A stretch of 32,000 nucleotides of DNA, taken from the NCBI RefSeq assembly GCF_001598795.1, contig NZ_BCZP01000013.1:90001-122000 (forward strand). Reading direction: 5' to 3'. Each line of letters opens with the position of its first letter. The first letter of the stretch is position 1. This DNA is from Delftia acidovorans NBRC 14950 (GTDB taxonomy: Bacteria > Pseudomonadota > Gammaproteobacteria > Burkholderiales > Burkholderiaceae_C). This document shows, piece after piece, positions 8,349 through 17,115 of the stretch. The notes beneath the pieces were generated by a model. That model was not told where the DNA came from and did no database searches. It worked only from the letters and a program-made list of their open reading frames with translations. Position numbers and translations under genes: made by a program.

Positions 8349-9356
8349 ATGAATATATACAAGCTTTTCGCATTTTCCATGGGAATCATTTTTTCCACCA
8401 TTTCCGCATCCCATGCAGCAATCTGCATGCCGGCTGACTCCAATCCGACCACTGATGGAAAGAACCATTACATTGCATCTTACCCCGTGAATCAGGTCCT
8501 GAGTTTACCCATCAACATAAACTCCGAACCAAACGGCAAAGTGTTTGCAACAATTCCGATTAAACCAGTAGTCGACAACAAGACTCATTCATCAATAATT
8601 GCGCAAGTGGTTTGCTCCGGCGCCAGCAGACCTTCATTTTCAGGAATCGGAGCACCTGATGTCAGAATCTACCCCAGCAACGTCTCCGGAATAGGATTGC
8701 GCATATCGATGAAGGGGATTGGAACAATTCCCAACGAACTGCCCATACTAACAAATTCGTATCCCATTCCCGAAGGAGAAAATTTCATCATTACAATAGA
8801 ATTCATAAAAACAGGACCCATCAGTACTATTTTTGGAGATATCCAACTGGCAGGACCATACATGGAAATGAAAATTGCCGGAGCACTCGCCGCGCAATAC
8901 GTGTTCTCCGGTATCACCCTGGTCCCCATCAATCCCACCTGCACGCTGGTGTCGGACAGCATCAGCGTACCGCTGGGCACGCATCCCGACACACGCTTCA
9001 CGGGTTTGGGTGCGACCACGGACAAGGTGCCCTTCTCCATCCAGCTGAGCTGCTCCGGCGGCGACCCGAACACCCAGATCAAGCCTTTCGTGACGCTGTC
9101 GGGCACGACGGACACGCAAGTCCCCTCGGTGCTGGCGCTGACCGGCTCGCAGGTCAGCGGCGTTGGCGTGGAGGTGCTGAGAAATGGCGCGATCCAGGGC
9201 TTTGGCGCAGCCAACGGCTGGCAGGCGGGCACGATTTCGCAGGGCACGGCAAATTTCCAGATCGACCTGGAGGCGCGCTACCGGCAGATCAGGAATACCG
9301 TGAGCGGCGGTGGCAGTGCAAATGCCTTGGCGACCTTCACCATCGACTACCAGTAG
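8349..9356 (+). CDS. Two-domain fimbrial tip adhesin (FimH-like: N-terminal receptor-binding domain plus C-terminal pilin domain)
   Basis: ATG at 8349 is preceded by GGAG. A signal peptide is present. The N-terminal ~175 aa is unrelated to pilins. The C-terminal ~150 aa is pilin-like with a Cys pair and the terminal ATFTIDYQ motif. It is the last gene of the chaperone-usher operon. Confidence 0.8.
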   Translation: MNIYKLFAFSMGIIFSTISASHAAICMPADSNPTTDGKNHYIASYPVNQVLSLPININSEPNGKVFATIPIKPVVDNKTHSSIIAQVVCSGASRPSFSGIGAPDVRIYPSNVSGIGLRISMKGIGTIPNELPILTNSYPIPEGENFIITIEFIKTGPISTIFGDIQLAGPYMEMKIAGALAAQYVFSGITLVPINPTCTLVSDSISVPLGTHPDTRFTGLGATTDKVPFSIQLSCSGGDPNTQIKPFVTLSGTTDTQVPSVLALTGSQVSGVGVEVLRNGAIQGFGAANGWQAGTISQGTANFQIDLEARYRQIRNTVSGGGSANALATFTIDYQ

Positions 9357-9466
9357 GCCGGTCGCAGCACGGCCGCAACACGGCGGTATCGGCTTGGGCC
9401 ATGAGAAAAAAGGGTTAACCCCAGTCCAAAAAAATCGCAACCTCTGCGACATTTCAACCAAGCAAG

Positions 9467-9493
9467 GTTGCACCATGTTTTCTTCATGGTGCA
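9467..9493. promoter_or_regulatory. Candidate PutA (RHH) operator in the putA upstream region
   Basis: An exact GTTGCA sits at 9467-9472; to my knowledge this is the hexamer recognised by E. coli PutA. It is embedded in a perfect 9-bp inverted repeat, TGCACCATG-N7-CATGGTGCA (9469-9477 and 9485-9493). One-mismatch copies occur at 9437-9442 (GCAACC, opposite strand) and 9488-9493 (GGTGCA). The site lies about 50-70 bp upstream of the putA ATG. Confidence 0.4.
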
Positions 9494-9538
9494 TGTCCAT
9501 TCGCATTTCCCACCTCTTCCATTCCTCACTGGCACACC

Positions 9539-12500
9539 ATGTCCACCACCGTAGGCATCAAGGTTGATGACGCTCTGCGCGAGCGCATCCGCATCGCCGC
9601 CCAGCAGATAGGGCGCACACCGCACTGGCTGATCAAACAGGCGGTTGTCCAGTACGTCGATGCCCTGGAGCGCGGCGCGACCACCATCCGGCTGTCCAGC
9701 GCGGGCGACAGCCAGGGCGATGTGGCGCTGGAAGAGGTGCAACCCAGCAGCCCGCAAGAGGTGCAACCCTTTCTGGAATTCGCCCAATCCATCCTGCCGC
9801 AGACGCCGTTGCGCGCTGCCATCACGGCCGCCTGGCACCGGCCCGAGCCCGAGTGCCTGCCGGTGCTGCTGCCGCTGGCACGCGCCCAGGATGCCCAGCA
9901 GGCCGACAAGGTGCGCGAGCTGGCGACCCGGCTGGTGCAGGGCCTGCGCGATGCGCCGGCCGGCAGCGGCGTGGCGGCGCTGGTGCAGGAGTTCTCGCTG
10001 TCCAGCCAGGAAGGCGTGGCGCTGATGTGCCTGGCCGAGGCGCTGCTGCGCATTCCCGACCGTGCCACGCGCGATGCGCTGATCCGCGACAAGATCAGCA
10101 AGGGCGACTGGCGCGCCCATGTAGGCCGCTCGCCCTCGCTGTTCGTGAACGCGGCGGCCTGGGGCCTGGTGCTGACGGGCAAGCTCACGTCCACCAGCAG
10201 CGAAAAGAACCTGTCGTCGGCGCTGACGCGCGTGATCGGCAAGGGCGGCGAGCCGCTGATCCGCCAGGGCGTGCACCGCGCCATGAAGCTGATGGGCGAG
10301 CAGTTCGTGACGGGCCAGGACATTGCCGAGGCGCTGGCCAACAGCCGCGCCTATGAAAAACAGGGCTTTCGCTACAGCTACGACATGCTGGGCGAGGCGG
10401 CCGCCACCGATTCCGACGCACAGCGCTACCTGCAGGCCTACGAGCAGGCCATCCACGCGATTGGCGCGGCCTCCAACGGGCGAGGCATCTTCGAGGGGCC
10501 GGGCATTTCCATCAAGCTGTCGGCCCTGCACCCGCGCTACAGCCGCGCGCAGTACGAGCGTGTGATGGCCGAACTGCTGCCGCGCGTGCTGCAGCTGGCC
10601 GAGCTGGCCAAGCAGTACGACATCGGCATGAACATCGACGCCGAAGAGGCCGACCGGCTGGAGCTGTCGCTGGACCTGCTGGAGGCCTTGTGTGCCGCGC
10701 CCTCGCTCAAGGGCTGGAACGGCATAGGCTTTGTGGTCCAGGCCTACCAGAAGCGCTGCCCGCAGGTGCTGGACTACCTGGTGGACCTGGCCCGCCGCAG
10801 CCGCCGCCGCCTGATGGTGCGCCTGGTCAAGGGCGCCTACTGGGACAGCGAGATCAAGCGCGCCCAGGAAGGCGGCCAGGCCGGCTACCCCGTCTATACG
10901 CGCAAGGTCTATACCGATGTGAGCTACCTGGCCTGCGCGCGCAAGCTGCTGGATGCGCCCGATGCCATCTACCCCCAGTTCGCCACGCACAACGCACAGA
11001 CCCTGGCCAGCATCTACCACCTGGCCCAGGCCGTGGGCGGCAGCTACTACAGCGGCCAGTACGAGTTCCAGTGCCTGCACGGCATGGGCGAGCCGCTGTA
11101 CGCACAGGTGACGGGCCCGGCCTCCGAAGGCAAGCTGGCCCGCCCCTGCCGCATCTATGCGCCCGTGGGCAGCCATGAGACGCTGCTGGCCTACCTGGTG
11201 CGCCGCCTGCTGGAGAACGGTGCCAATACCTCGTTCGTGAACCGCATCGGCGATGCCTCCGTGCCGGTCTCCGACCTGGTGGCCGACCCGGTGGACGAGG
11301 TGATGAAGATCGCACGCAACGAAGGCCGGCTGGGCGCCCCCCACCCGCGCATTGCGCTGCCGGCCGATCTGTTCGCGCAGCAGGGAGACAAGGCAGGGCA
11401 GGCCCGCGCCAATTCCCAGGGCCTGAACCTGGCGCACGAGCAGCAACTGGCATCGCTGGCCGCCGCGCTGCTGCACAGCACGCGCCAGACCTATCTGGCC
11501 GCCCCCGCAGATGCCGACCTGCCGGCCGACCCGGCGCGTACCGAAGGCTGGCAGCCCATGCGCAACCCGGCCGAGCTGTCCGACATCGTGGGCTGGGTGC
11601 GCGAGGCCACGGCGGCCGAGGCCGAAGCCGCCGCCGCGCGCGCCGCGCAGGCCGCGCCCATCTGGGCCGGCACACCGCCCGCCGCCCGTGCCGACGCGCT
11701 GGCCCGCGCCGCCGACCTGCTGGAGCAACGCAGCCAGCCGCTGATGGGCCTGATCATGCGGGAGGCGGGCAAGACCCTTTCCAACGCCGTGGCCGAGGTC
11801 CGCGAGGCCGTGGACTTCCTGCGCTACTACGGCGCCCAGGCGGCCGCGCATTTCGACAACGCCGCGCAGCGCCCTCTGGGCGTGGTGCTGGCCATCAGTC
11901 CCTGGAATTTCCCGCTGGCCATCTTCTGCGGACAGGTGGCTGCGGCCCTGGCCGCCGGCAACACGGTGCTGGCCAAGCCTGCCGAGCAGACACCGCTGAC
12001 GGCCGCCGCCATGGTGGCCCTGCTGCACGAGGCTGGCGTGCCGCGCGACGCGCTGCAGCTGGTGCCGGGCACGGGCGAGACCGTGGGCGCGGCCCTGGTG
12101 GCCCATGCCCAGGTGGCGGGCGTGATGTTCACGGGTTCCACCGAGGTGGCACGCCAGCTGTCCCGCCGCCTGTCGCCTGCGGGCCGCACCATTCCGCTGA
12201 TTGCCGAGACCGGCGGCCAGAACGCCATGGTGGTGGACTCCTCGGCCCTGGCCGAGCAGGTGGTGGCCGATGTGCTGGCCTCGGCTTTCGATTCGGCCGG
12301 CCAGCGCTGCTCTGCCCTGCGCCTGCTGTGCCTGCAGGACGAGGTGGCCGACCGCACGCTGACCATGCTGCGCGATGCGCTGCAGGAGTGGAACCTGGGC
12401 AACCCCGACCGCCTGAGCACCGATGTGGGCCCCGTGATCGACGATGCGGCGCGCCGCCAGATCGAGCAGCACATAGAGCAGATGGCCGCAGCGGGCCAGA

Positions 12501-13564
12501 AGGTCACCCGCGTGGAACGCAAGGACGGCGTGCTCAATGGCCACTACGTGGCCCCGGCCCTCATCGAGATCGACAGCACCACGCGCCTGCAGCGCGAGGT
12601 CTTCGGCCCCGTGCTGCATGTGATCCGCTTCAAGCGCGAGCAGTTGGACGCGCTGGTCGATGGCATCAACGCCACCGGCTACGGCCTGACCTTCGGCGTG
12701 CACAGCCGCATCGACGAGACCATTGCCCACCTCACCCAGCGCGTGCATGCGGGGAACATCTATGTGAACCGCAATGTGATCGGCGCCATGGTGGGCGTGC
12801 AGCCCTTTGGCGGCATGGGCCTGTCGGGCACGGGTCCCAAAGCAGGCGGCCCGCTGTACCTGCACCGACTGGCGCAGGGGCCGGCCAGCGCGGCGCTGTC
12901 CGTCTTCGCGCGGGCCGAGTCGTCCGCCCAGGCACCGCTGCAATTGCTGGGCCTGCTGCGCGAGACGCTGTCCAAGGCCCCGCCCCAGGACATGTCCGCC
13001 GATGAGCAGGTGCAGGCCCTGGCCGCCTGCGACGAGGCCCTGGCCGCCTCGCGCCTTGACGCCGCCATGCAGCTGCCCGGCCCCACTGGCGAATCCAACC
13101 GCTACCGCCTGCTGCCGCGCGGCCCCGTCTGGGCACTGCCACGCACGCCGCTGGGCCTGGTGGCCCAGGTGGCAGCAGCCCTGGCCAGCGGCAACGCCTG
13201 CCATGCGGTGCTGCCCGACAACGGAACAGGCGCCGACAGCGGCTGCGCCGCCACCTGGCAGGCGCTGCGCGCCGCTGCGGGCGATGCCGGTGTGCCATGG
13301 CTGCACAGCGCCAGCGCCGACTCCCTGGCCGATTCGGCAGCGCCCATGGCGGCCTTGCTGTTCGAGGGCGACGGCGACGCCCTGCTGCAGGTCTGCGCCC
13401 AGGTCGCCGCGCGCGACGGTGCCCTGGTGCGCGTGGAAAGCCGCAACAGCGACGAGCTGCATGCGGGCCGCGGCTATGACCTGGCTGCGCTGTTCCACGA
13501 GCAATCCATCAGCACCAATACCGCCGCCGCAGGCGGCAATGCACAGCTCATGACCATGGCTTGA
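9539..13564 (+). CDS. putA: Trifunctional PutA: RHH transcriptional repressor / proline dehydrogenase / delta-1-pyrroline-5-carboxylate dehydrogenase
   Basis: 1341 aa. The N-terminus (MSTTVGIKVDDALRERIRIAAQQIGRTPHWLIKQAVVQYVDALE) matches the PutA ribbon-helix-helix domain. It is followed by PRODH barrel motifs (YSYDMLGEAA, VRLVKGAYWDSE), an ALDH domain (FTGSTEVA, ETGGQNAMVVD, catalytic Cys context GQRCSA) and the long-PutA C-terminal domain. Confidence 0.97.
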   Translation: MSTTVGIKVDDALRERIRIAAQQIGRTPHWLIKQAVVQYVDALERGATTIRLSSAGDSQGDVALEEVQPSSPQEVQPFLEFAQSILPQTPLRAAITAAWHRPEPECLPVLLPLARAQDAQQADKVRELATRLVQGLRDAPAGSGVAALVQEFSLSSQEGVALMCLAEALLRIPDRATRDALIRDKISKGDWRAHVGRSPSLFVNAAAWGLVLTGKLTSTSSEKNLSSALTRVIGKGGEPLIRQGVHRAMKLMGEQFVTGQDIAEALANSRAYEKQGFRYSYDMLGEAAATDSDAQRYLQAYEQAIHAIGAASNGRGIFEGPGISIKLSALHPRYSRAQYERVMAELLPRVLQLAELAKQYDIGMNIDAEEADRLELSLDLLEALCAAPSLKGWNGIGFVVQAYQKRCPQVLDYLVDLARRSRRRLMVRLVKGAYWDSEIKRAQEGGQAGYPVYTRKVYTDVSYLACARKLLDAPDAIYPQFATHNAQTLASIYHLAQAVGGSYYSGQYEFQCLHGMGEPLYAQVTGPASEGKLARPCRIYAPVGSHETLLAYLVRRLLENGANTSFVNRIGDASVPVSDLVADPVDEVMKIARNEGRLGAPHPRIALPADLFAQQGDKAGQARANSQGLNLAHEQQLASLAAALLHSTRQTYLAAPADADLPADPARTEGWQPMRNPAELSDIVGWVREATAAEAEAAAARAAQAAPIWAGTPPAARADALARAADLLEQRSQPLMGLIMREAGKTLSNAVAEVREAVDFLRYYGAQAAAHFDNAAQRPLGVVLAISPWNFPLAIFCGQVAAALAAGNTVLAKPAEQTPLTAAAMVALLHEAGVPRDALQLVPGTGETVGAALVAHAQVAGVMFTGSTEVARQLSRRLSPAGRTIPLIAETGGQNAMVVDSSALAEQVVADVLASAFDSAGQRCSALRLLCLQDEVADRTLTMLRDALQEWNLGNPDRLSTDVGPVIDDAARRQIEQHIEQMAAAGQKVTRVERKDGVLNGHYVAPALIEIDSTTRLQREVFGPVLHVIRFKREQLDALVDGINATGYGLTFGVHSRIDETIAHLTQRVHAGNIYVNRNVIGAMVGVQPFGGMGLSGTGPKAGGPLYLHRLAQGPASAALSVFARAESSAQAPLQLLGLLRETLSKAPPQDMSADEQVQALAACDEALAASRLDAAMQLPGPTGESNRYRLLPRGPVWALPRTPLGLVAQVAAALASGNACHAVLPDNGTGADSGCAATWQALRAAAGDAGVPWLHSASADSLADSAAPMAALLFEGDGDALLQVCAQVAARDGALVRVESRNSDELHAGRGYDLAALFHEQSISTNTAAAGGNAQLMTMA

Positions 13565-13643
13565 ACCGCCGGGGCCGGCACAACCGGCCCCTGGCAAGCG
13601 CCCCGCACCACCCGAAAAAACACGACCAACGCAGGACACTTCA

Positions 13644-15146
13644 ATGCAATTCAACTGGAACGACCCGACGGCGATCATGTTCGCCATCTACCTGGTCGCC
13701 ATGCTCGGCATCGGCGCCATCGGCTACTTCAGCACCAAGAATCTTTCCGACTACATCCTGGGCGGCCGCAGCCTGGGCAGCTTCGTGACGGCGCTGTCGG
13801 CCGGCGCCTCGGACATGAGCGGCTGGCTGCTGATGGGCCTGCCCGGCGCCATCTACCTGTCCGGCCTGTCGGAAGCCTGGATCGCCATCGGCCTGATCCT
13901 GGGCGCCTACCTGAACTGGCGCCTGGTGGCGGCGCGGCTGCGCCTGTACACCGAGCGCGCCGGCAATGCGCTGACGCTGCCCGACTACCTGGCCAACCGC
14001 TTCGAGGACCACTCCAACGTGCTGCGCATCGTGACGGCCGTGGTGATTCTGGTGTTCTTCACGCTGTACTGCGCCTCGGGCGTGGTGGCGGGCGCGCGCC
14101 TGTTCGAGAACATGTTCGGCATGCCCTACAGCACGGCCCTGTGGGTGGGCGCACTGTGCACCATCGCCTATGTGTTCATCGGCGGCTTCCTGGCCGTGAG
14201 CTGGACGGACACCATCCAGGCCTCGATGATGATCACGGCGCTGATCCTGGCGCCCGTGATCGCCTGGCTGGCCGTGCAGGGCCATCTGCAGCCGGGCCAG
14301 GACCTGCACGCCATCGTGGCGGCAGAGAAGTTCGACCTGTTCCGTGGCGCCAGCTTCGTGGGCGTGGTCTCGCTGCTGGCCTGGGGCCTGGGCTACTTCG
14401 GCCAGCCGCACATCCTGGTGCGCTTCATGGCGGCCTCGTCGGTGCAGACCATTCCCTCGGCCCGCCGCATCAGCATGACCTGGATGATCCTGTGCCTGGC
14501 CGGCGCCGTGGCCGTGGGCTTCATAGGCATCCCCTACTTCGCGGCCAACCCCGGTGGCGCCGCCGCCGTGAACGCCAATGCCGAGACGGTGTTCATGGAG
14601 ATCACCAAGCAGCTGTTCAACCCCTGGATCTCGGGCGCACTGCTGGCGGCCATTCTGGCGGCTGTGATGAGCACGCTGTCGTGCCAGCTGCTGGTGTGCT
14701 CCAGCGCGCTGACCGAGGACATCTACCGCACCTTCCTGCGCAAGAACGCCAGCCAGATCGAACTGGTCTGGATCGGCCGTGCCATGGTGCTGCTGGTGGC
14801 CTTGATCGCCATCGCCATCGCCAGCAACCCCGACTCCAAGGTGCTGGGCATGGTCAGCTACGCCTGGGCTGGCTTCGGCGCCGCCTTCGGCCCAGTGATC
14901 ATCCTGTCGCTGTTCTGGAGCCGCATGACGCGCGGCGGCGCGCTGGCCGGCATCATCACCGGCGCCGTGACGGTGCTGGTGTGGAAGCAGTTCGGCTGGC
15001 TGGGCCTGTACGAGATCATCCCCGGCTTCATCCTGGCCTGGCTGGCCACGGTGGTCGTCAGCCGCATGGGCCCTGCGCCTTCGCAAAGCATCCTGAAGGC
15101 GCATGCGGCGGTGGAGAGCGAGTTCGAGCGGATCGGGGCACGCTGA
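13644..15146 (+). CDS. putP: Sodium/proline symporter (SSS family)
   Basis: 500 aa multi-pass membrane protein. The N-terminal region (YILGGRSLGSFVTALSAGASDMSGWLLMGLPGAIY) is typical of PutP. It lies immediately downstream of putA. Confidence 0.96.
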   Translation: MQFNWNDPTAIMFAIYLVAMLGIGAIGYFSTKNLSDYILGGRSLGSFVTALSAGASDMSGWLLMGLPGAIYLSGLSEAWIAIGLILGAYLNWRLVAARLRLYTERAGNALTLPDYLANRFEDHSNVLRIVTAVVILVFFTLYCASGVVAGARLFENMFGMPYSTALWVGALCTIAYVFIGGFLAVSWTDTIQASMMITALILAPVIAWLAVQGHLQPGQDLHAIVAAEKFDLFRGASFVGVVSLLAWGLGYFGQPHILVRFMAASSVQTIPSARRISMTWMILCLAGAVAVGFIGIPYFAANPGGAAAVNANAETVFMEITKQLFNPWISGALLAAILAAVMSTLSCQLLVCSSALTEDIYRTFLRKNASQIELVWIGRAMVLLVALIAIAIASNPDSKVLGMVSYAWAGFGAAFGPVIILSLFWSRMTRGGALAGIITGAVTVLVWKQFGWLGLYEIIPGFILAWLATVVVSRMGPAPSQSILKAHAAVESEFERIGAR

Positions 15147-15180
15147 GTGGTAATGAGCTGACCCGCTCCATCTGAACCCG

Positions 15181-15218
15181 ACGCCCGATGACGCTTGCGC
15201 GCATCGGGCGTTTGTCAT
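15181..15218 (+). terminator. Rho-independent terminator downstream of putP
   Basis: A 10-bp perfect stem, ACGCCCGATG (15181-15190) with CATCGGGCGT (15202-15211), is followed by a T-rich tail (TTGTCATTT). Confidence 0.7.
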
Positions 15219-15316
15219 TTCAGCACCTATGACATCGCCAAATCAGATGCGCCTCAACGCACATGACGAGCGCTTTGTACGTGGTCGCCACAAGGGGAGT
15301 GGTCACTACAATCCAT

Positions 15317-15417
15317 GGGCTCTTTTTTTCATCGCCGGGCCGCCCCAGGATGAAAAGCGGCCCCCTGCGGGGGACCGCGGACCTTGCCTTGCAAGGGGAG
15401 CGTGGGGGCTATTTTTC
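15317..15417 (+). repeat. GC-rich structured intergenic repeat, copy A
   Basis: Aligns by eye over ~100 nt with 18421-18519 in the same orientation, matching at roughly four-fifths of positions. Shared blocks: GC-clamp plus T-run, CGCCGGGCCGC, AAAAGCGGCCCC, GGACCTTGC-N3-GCAAGGG and AGCGTGGGGGC plus T-run. It ends 27 bp before the dctP-type ATG. Confidence 0.75.
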
Positions 15418-15443
15418 AACACACAACAAGTGAGACTGCCGCT

Positions 15444-16430
15444 ATGCAAATGATCCGCCGCACCCTTCTTTCGACCTGCGTGGCCGCCATGGCGGTTGCT
15501 TCGGCTGGCGCCGCCCTGGCCCAGACCAAGGAGGTCAAGGTGGGCTACGCCCTGGCCGTGAATTCGCACTACGGCGCGGCTGCCCAGGCCTGGGCCGATG
15601 CGGTGGAAAAGGGCACGAACGGCGCCTACAAGTTCAAGCAGTTCCCCGCGTCCGCCCTGGGCGGCGAGCGCGAGCTGATCGAGGGCCTGCAGCTGGGCAC
15701 GGTGGAGGCGGCCATCGTCTCCACGGGCGCCATCAGCAACTTCGTGCCCGATGTGGGCGTGGTGGACATTCCCTTCCTGTTCCGCGACACGCAGCATGCG
15801 CGCGCCGTGCTGGACGGCGCCTTCGGCCAGGAGCTGCTGGCCAAGTTCAGCAAGCGCGGCCTGGTCGCGCTTGCCTGGGGCGAGCAGGGCTTTCGCCACC
15901 TGTCCAACAACAAGCACGCCGTCAACGGCGTGGCCGATCTCAAGGGCCTGAAGATCCGCGTGACCGAGAACCCCGTGCACATCACGGCCTTCCGCACGCT
16001 GGGCGCATCGCCCACGCCCATGTCCTGGCCCGAGGTGATCGGTGCGCTGCAGCAGGGCACGATCGACGGCCAGGAGAACCCGATCTCGGTGCTGGCCTCG
16101 GCCAAGCTGTGGCAGGTGCAAAAGCACCTGACGCTGACCGCCCATGTGTACGCGCCCATGGCCCTGCTGGTGTCGCCCTCGTTCTGGGGCACGCTGAACG
16201 ACAGCCAGAAGGCGGCCTTCACGCAGGGCGCCAAGTCGGGTGCCATCGCTTCGCGCGTGTTCGTGGACACGGTGGAGAAGAAGGGCGTGGAAGAGGCCAA
16301 GAGCCACGGCATGCAGGTAGTGGAGAAGGTGGACCAGGCCGCCTTCCGCACCGCGCTGGAGCCGGCCTACAAGGAATACGCGAAGAAGTTCGGCCAGAAG
16401 ACGCTGGACACCATCGCCAACGCCAAGTAA
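15444..16430 (+). CDS. TRAP transporter substrate-binding protein (DctP family)
   Basis: Internal ATG at 15444 gives a signal peptide (MQMIRRTLLSTCVAAMAVASAGAALA/QT). The mature protein is DctP-like (VKVGYALAVNSHYG..., GLQLGTVEAAIVSTG, IDGQENP). It is followed by DctQ- and DctM-type genes. Confidence 0.9.
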   Translation: MQMIRRTLLSTCVAAMAVASAGAALAQTKEVKVGYALAVNSHYGAAAQAWADAVEKGTNGAYKFKQFPASALGGERELIEGLQLGTVEAAIVSTGAISNFVPDVGVVDIPFLFRDTQHARAVLDGAFGQELLAKFSKRGLVALAWGEQGFRHLSNNKHAVNGVADLKGLKIRVTENPVHITAFRTLGASPTPMSWPEVIGALQQGTIDGQENPISVLASAKLWQVQKHLTLTAHVYAPMALLVSPSFWGTLNDSQKAAFTQGAKSGAIASRVFVDTVEKKGVEEAKSHGMQVVEKVDQAAFRTALEPAYKEYAKKFGQKTLDTIANAK

Positions 16431-16438
16431 TCCCTGAC

Positions 16439-16464
16439 GCATTGCGGGCTGCGGCCCGCAATGC
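16439..16464 (+). other. Perfect intercistronic stem-loop between the TRAP binding-protein and small-permease genes
   Basis: GCATTGCGGGC-TGCG-GCCCGCAATGC: an 11-bp perfect stem with a 4-nt loop and no T-run. It starts 9 nt after the stop codon, within a 150-nt spacer. Confidence 0.6.
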
Positions 16465-16580
16465 AGGGCGCCCCGCTGCGGGCAACACCTGTGGCCCCGC
16501 ACGGCGCCCGCGCCGATGATCTGACCTTTCGGCGGCAGCCCGGCCCTTGCGCCACTCCCCTCCTGCCCTCGTCCACTCCT

Positions 16581-17096
16581 ATGCTCAACCGAATCGAACG
16601 CGCCCTTGTGGCCTGCAACCGCTGGCTGCTGATCGTGCTGTTGCTGGCCATGGCCTGCATCGTGTTTGCCAATGTGGTGCTGCGCTACACCACGGGCGAC
16701 TCCATTGTCTGGGCCGAGGAAGTGGCCCGGCACATGATGATCTGGGTCACCTTCCTGGGCGCAGGGCTGGTGCTGCGCTTCGGCGGCCATGTGGCCATCG
16801 ACAACCTGCACCGCTCGGTGGGCACGCGCAAGGCGCAATGGCTGCGCCGCCTCGTGGTGCTGGGCGTGGGCCTGTTCTGCGCGGTGATGGCGGTGGCCTC
16901 GTCGCAGTACGTCTGGGCCACGCGCTTCCAGACTACGGCGGCCACGGACATTCCGATCTCCTTCGTCTACGCGGCCATGCCCGTGGGCTTCGTGCTGATG
17001 CTGGTGCATCTGCTGTTCATTGCGCGCGGGTATATCGCAGACGGCTCGTTCGCGGAGTCGGATGAGATGGATGCCGACGCAGCCGCATCGATCTGA
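16581..17096 (+). CDS. TRAP transporter small permease (DctQ family)
   Basis: Internal ATG at 16581. About 171 aa with four predicted TM segments. The N-terminal MLNRIERALVACNRWLLIVLLLAM...ANVVLRY...WAEEVARHMMIWVTFLGAG pattern is typical of DctQ. Confidence 0.85.
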   Translation: MLNRIERALVACNRWLLIVLLLAMACIVFANVVLRYTTGDSIVWAEEVARHMMIWVTFLGAGLVLRFGGHVAIDNLHRSVGTRKAQWLRRLVVLGVGLFCAVMAVASSQYVWATRFQTTAATDIPISFVYAAMPVGFVLMLVHLLFIARGYIADGSFAESDEMDADAAASI

Positions 17097-17115
17097 TCCA
17101 CCAGGCAGACACATC

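Noticed and set aside
9395-9440. GGGTTAACCC palindrome flanked by A-runs after the adhesin gene, considered as a terminator
   Set aside because: The stem is too short (3-4 bp once a loop is allowed), and the flanks are A-runs rather than a 3' T-run on the coding strand. It is not convincing as an intrinsic terminator.
9347-13687. 1446-aa ORF on the minus strand spanning the whole putA region
   Set aside because: It is exactly antisense to a confidently identified putA. Its translation is Arg/Gly/Ala/Gln/His-rich low complexity with no recognisable domain. Long stop-free antisense frames are expected at this GC content.
13641-15218. 525-aa minus-strand ORF antisense to putP, and the 344-aa plus-strand alternative frame at 14141-15175
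   Set aside because: Both overlap putP completely. Their translations are Gly/Arg/His/Asp-rich or Pro/Arg-rich with no membrane or enzyme motifs. They are high-GC frame artefacts.
15229-15453. 74-aa plus-strand ORF between putP and the TRAP operon
   Set aside because: Most of it is a translation of the structured repeat element, and the equivalent ORF at copy B is in a different context. There is no RBS.
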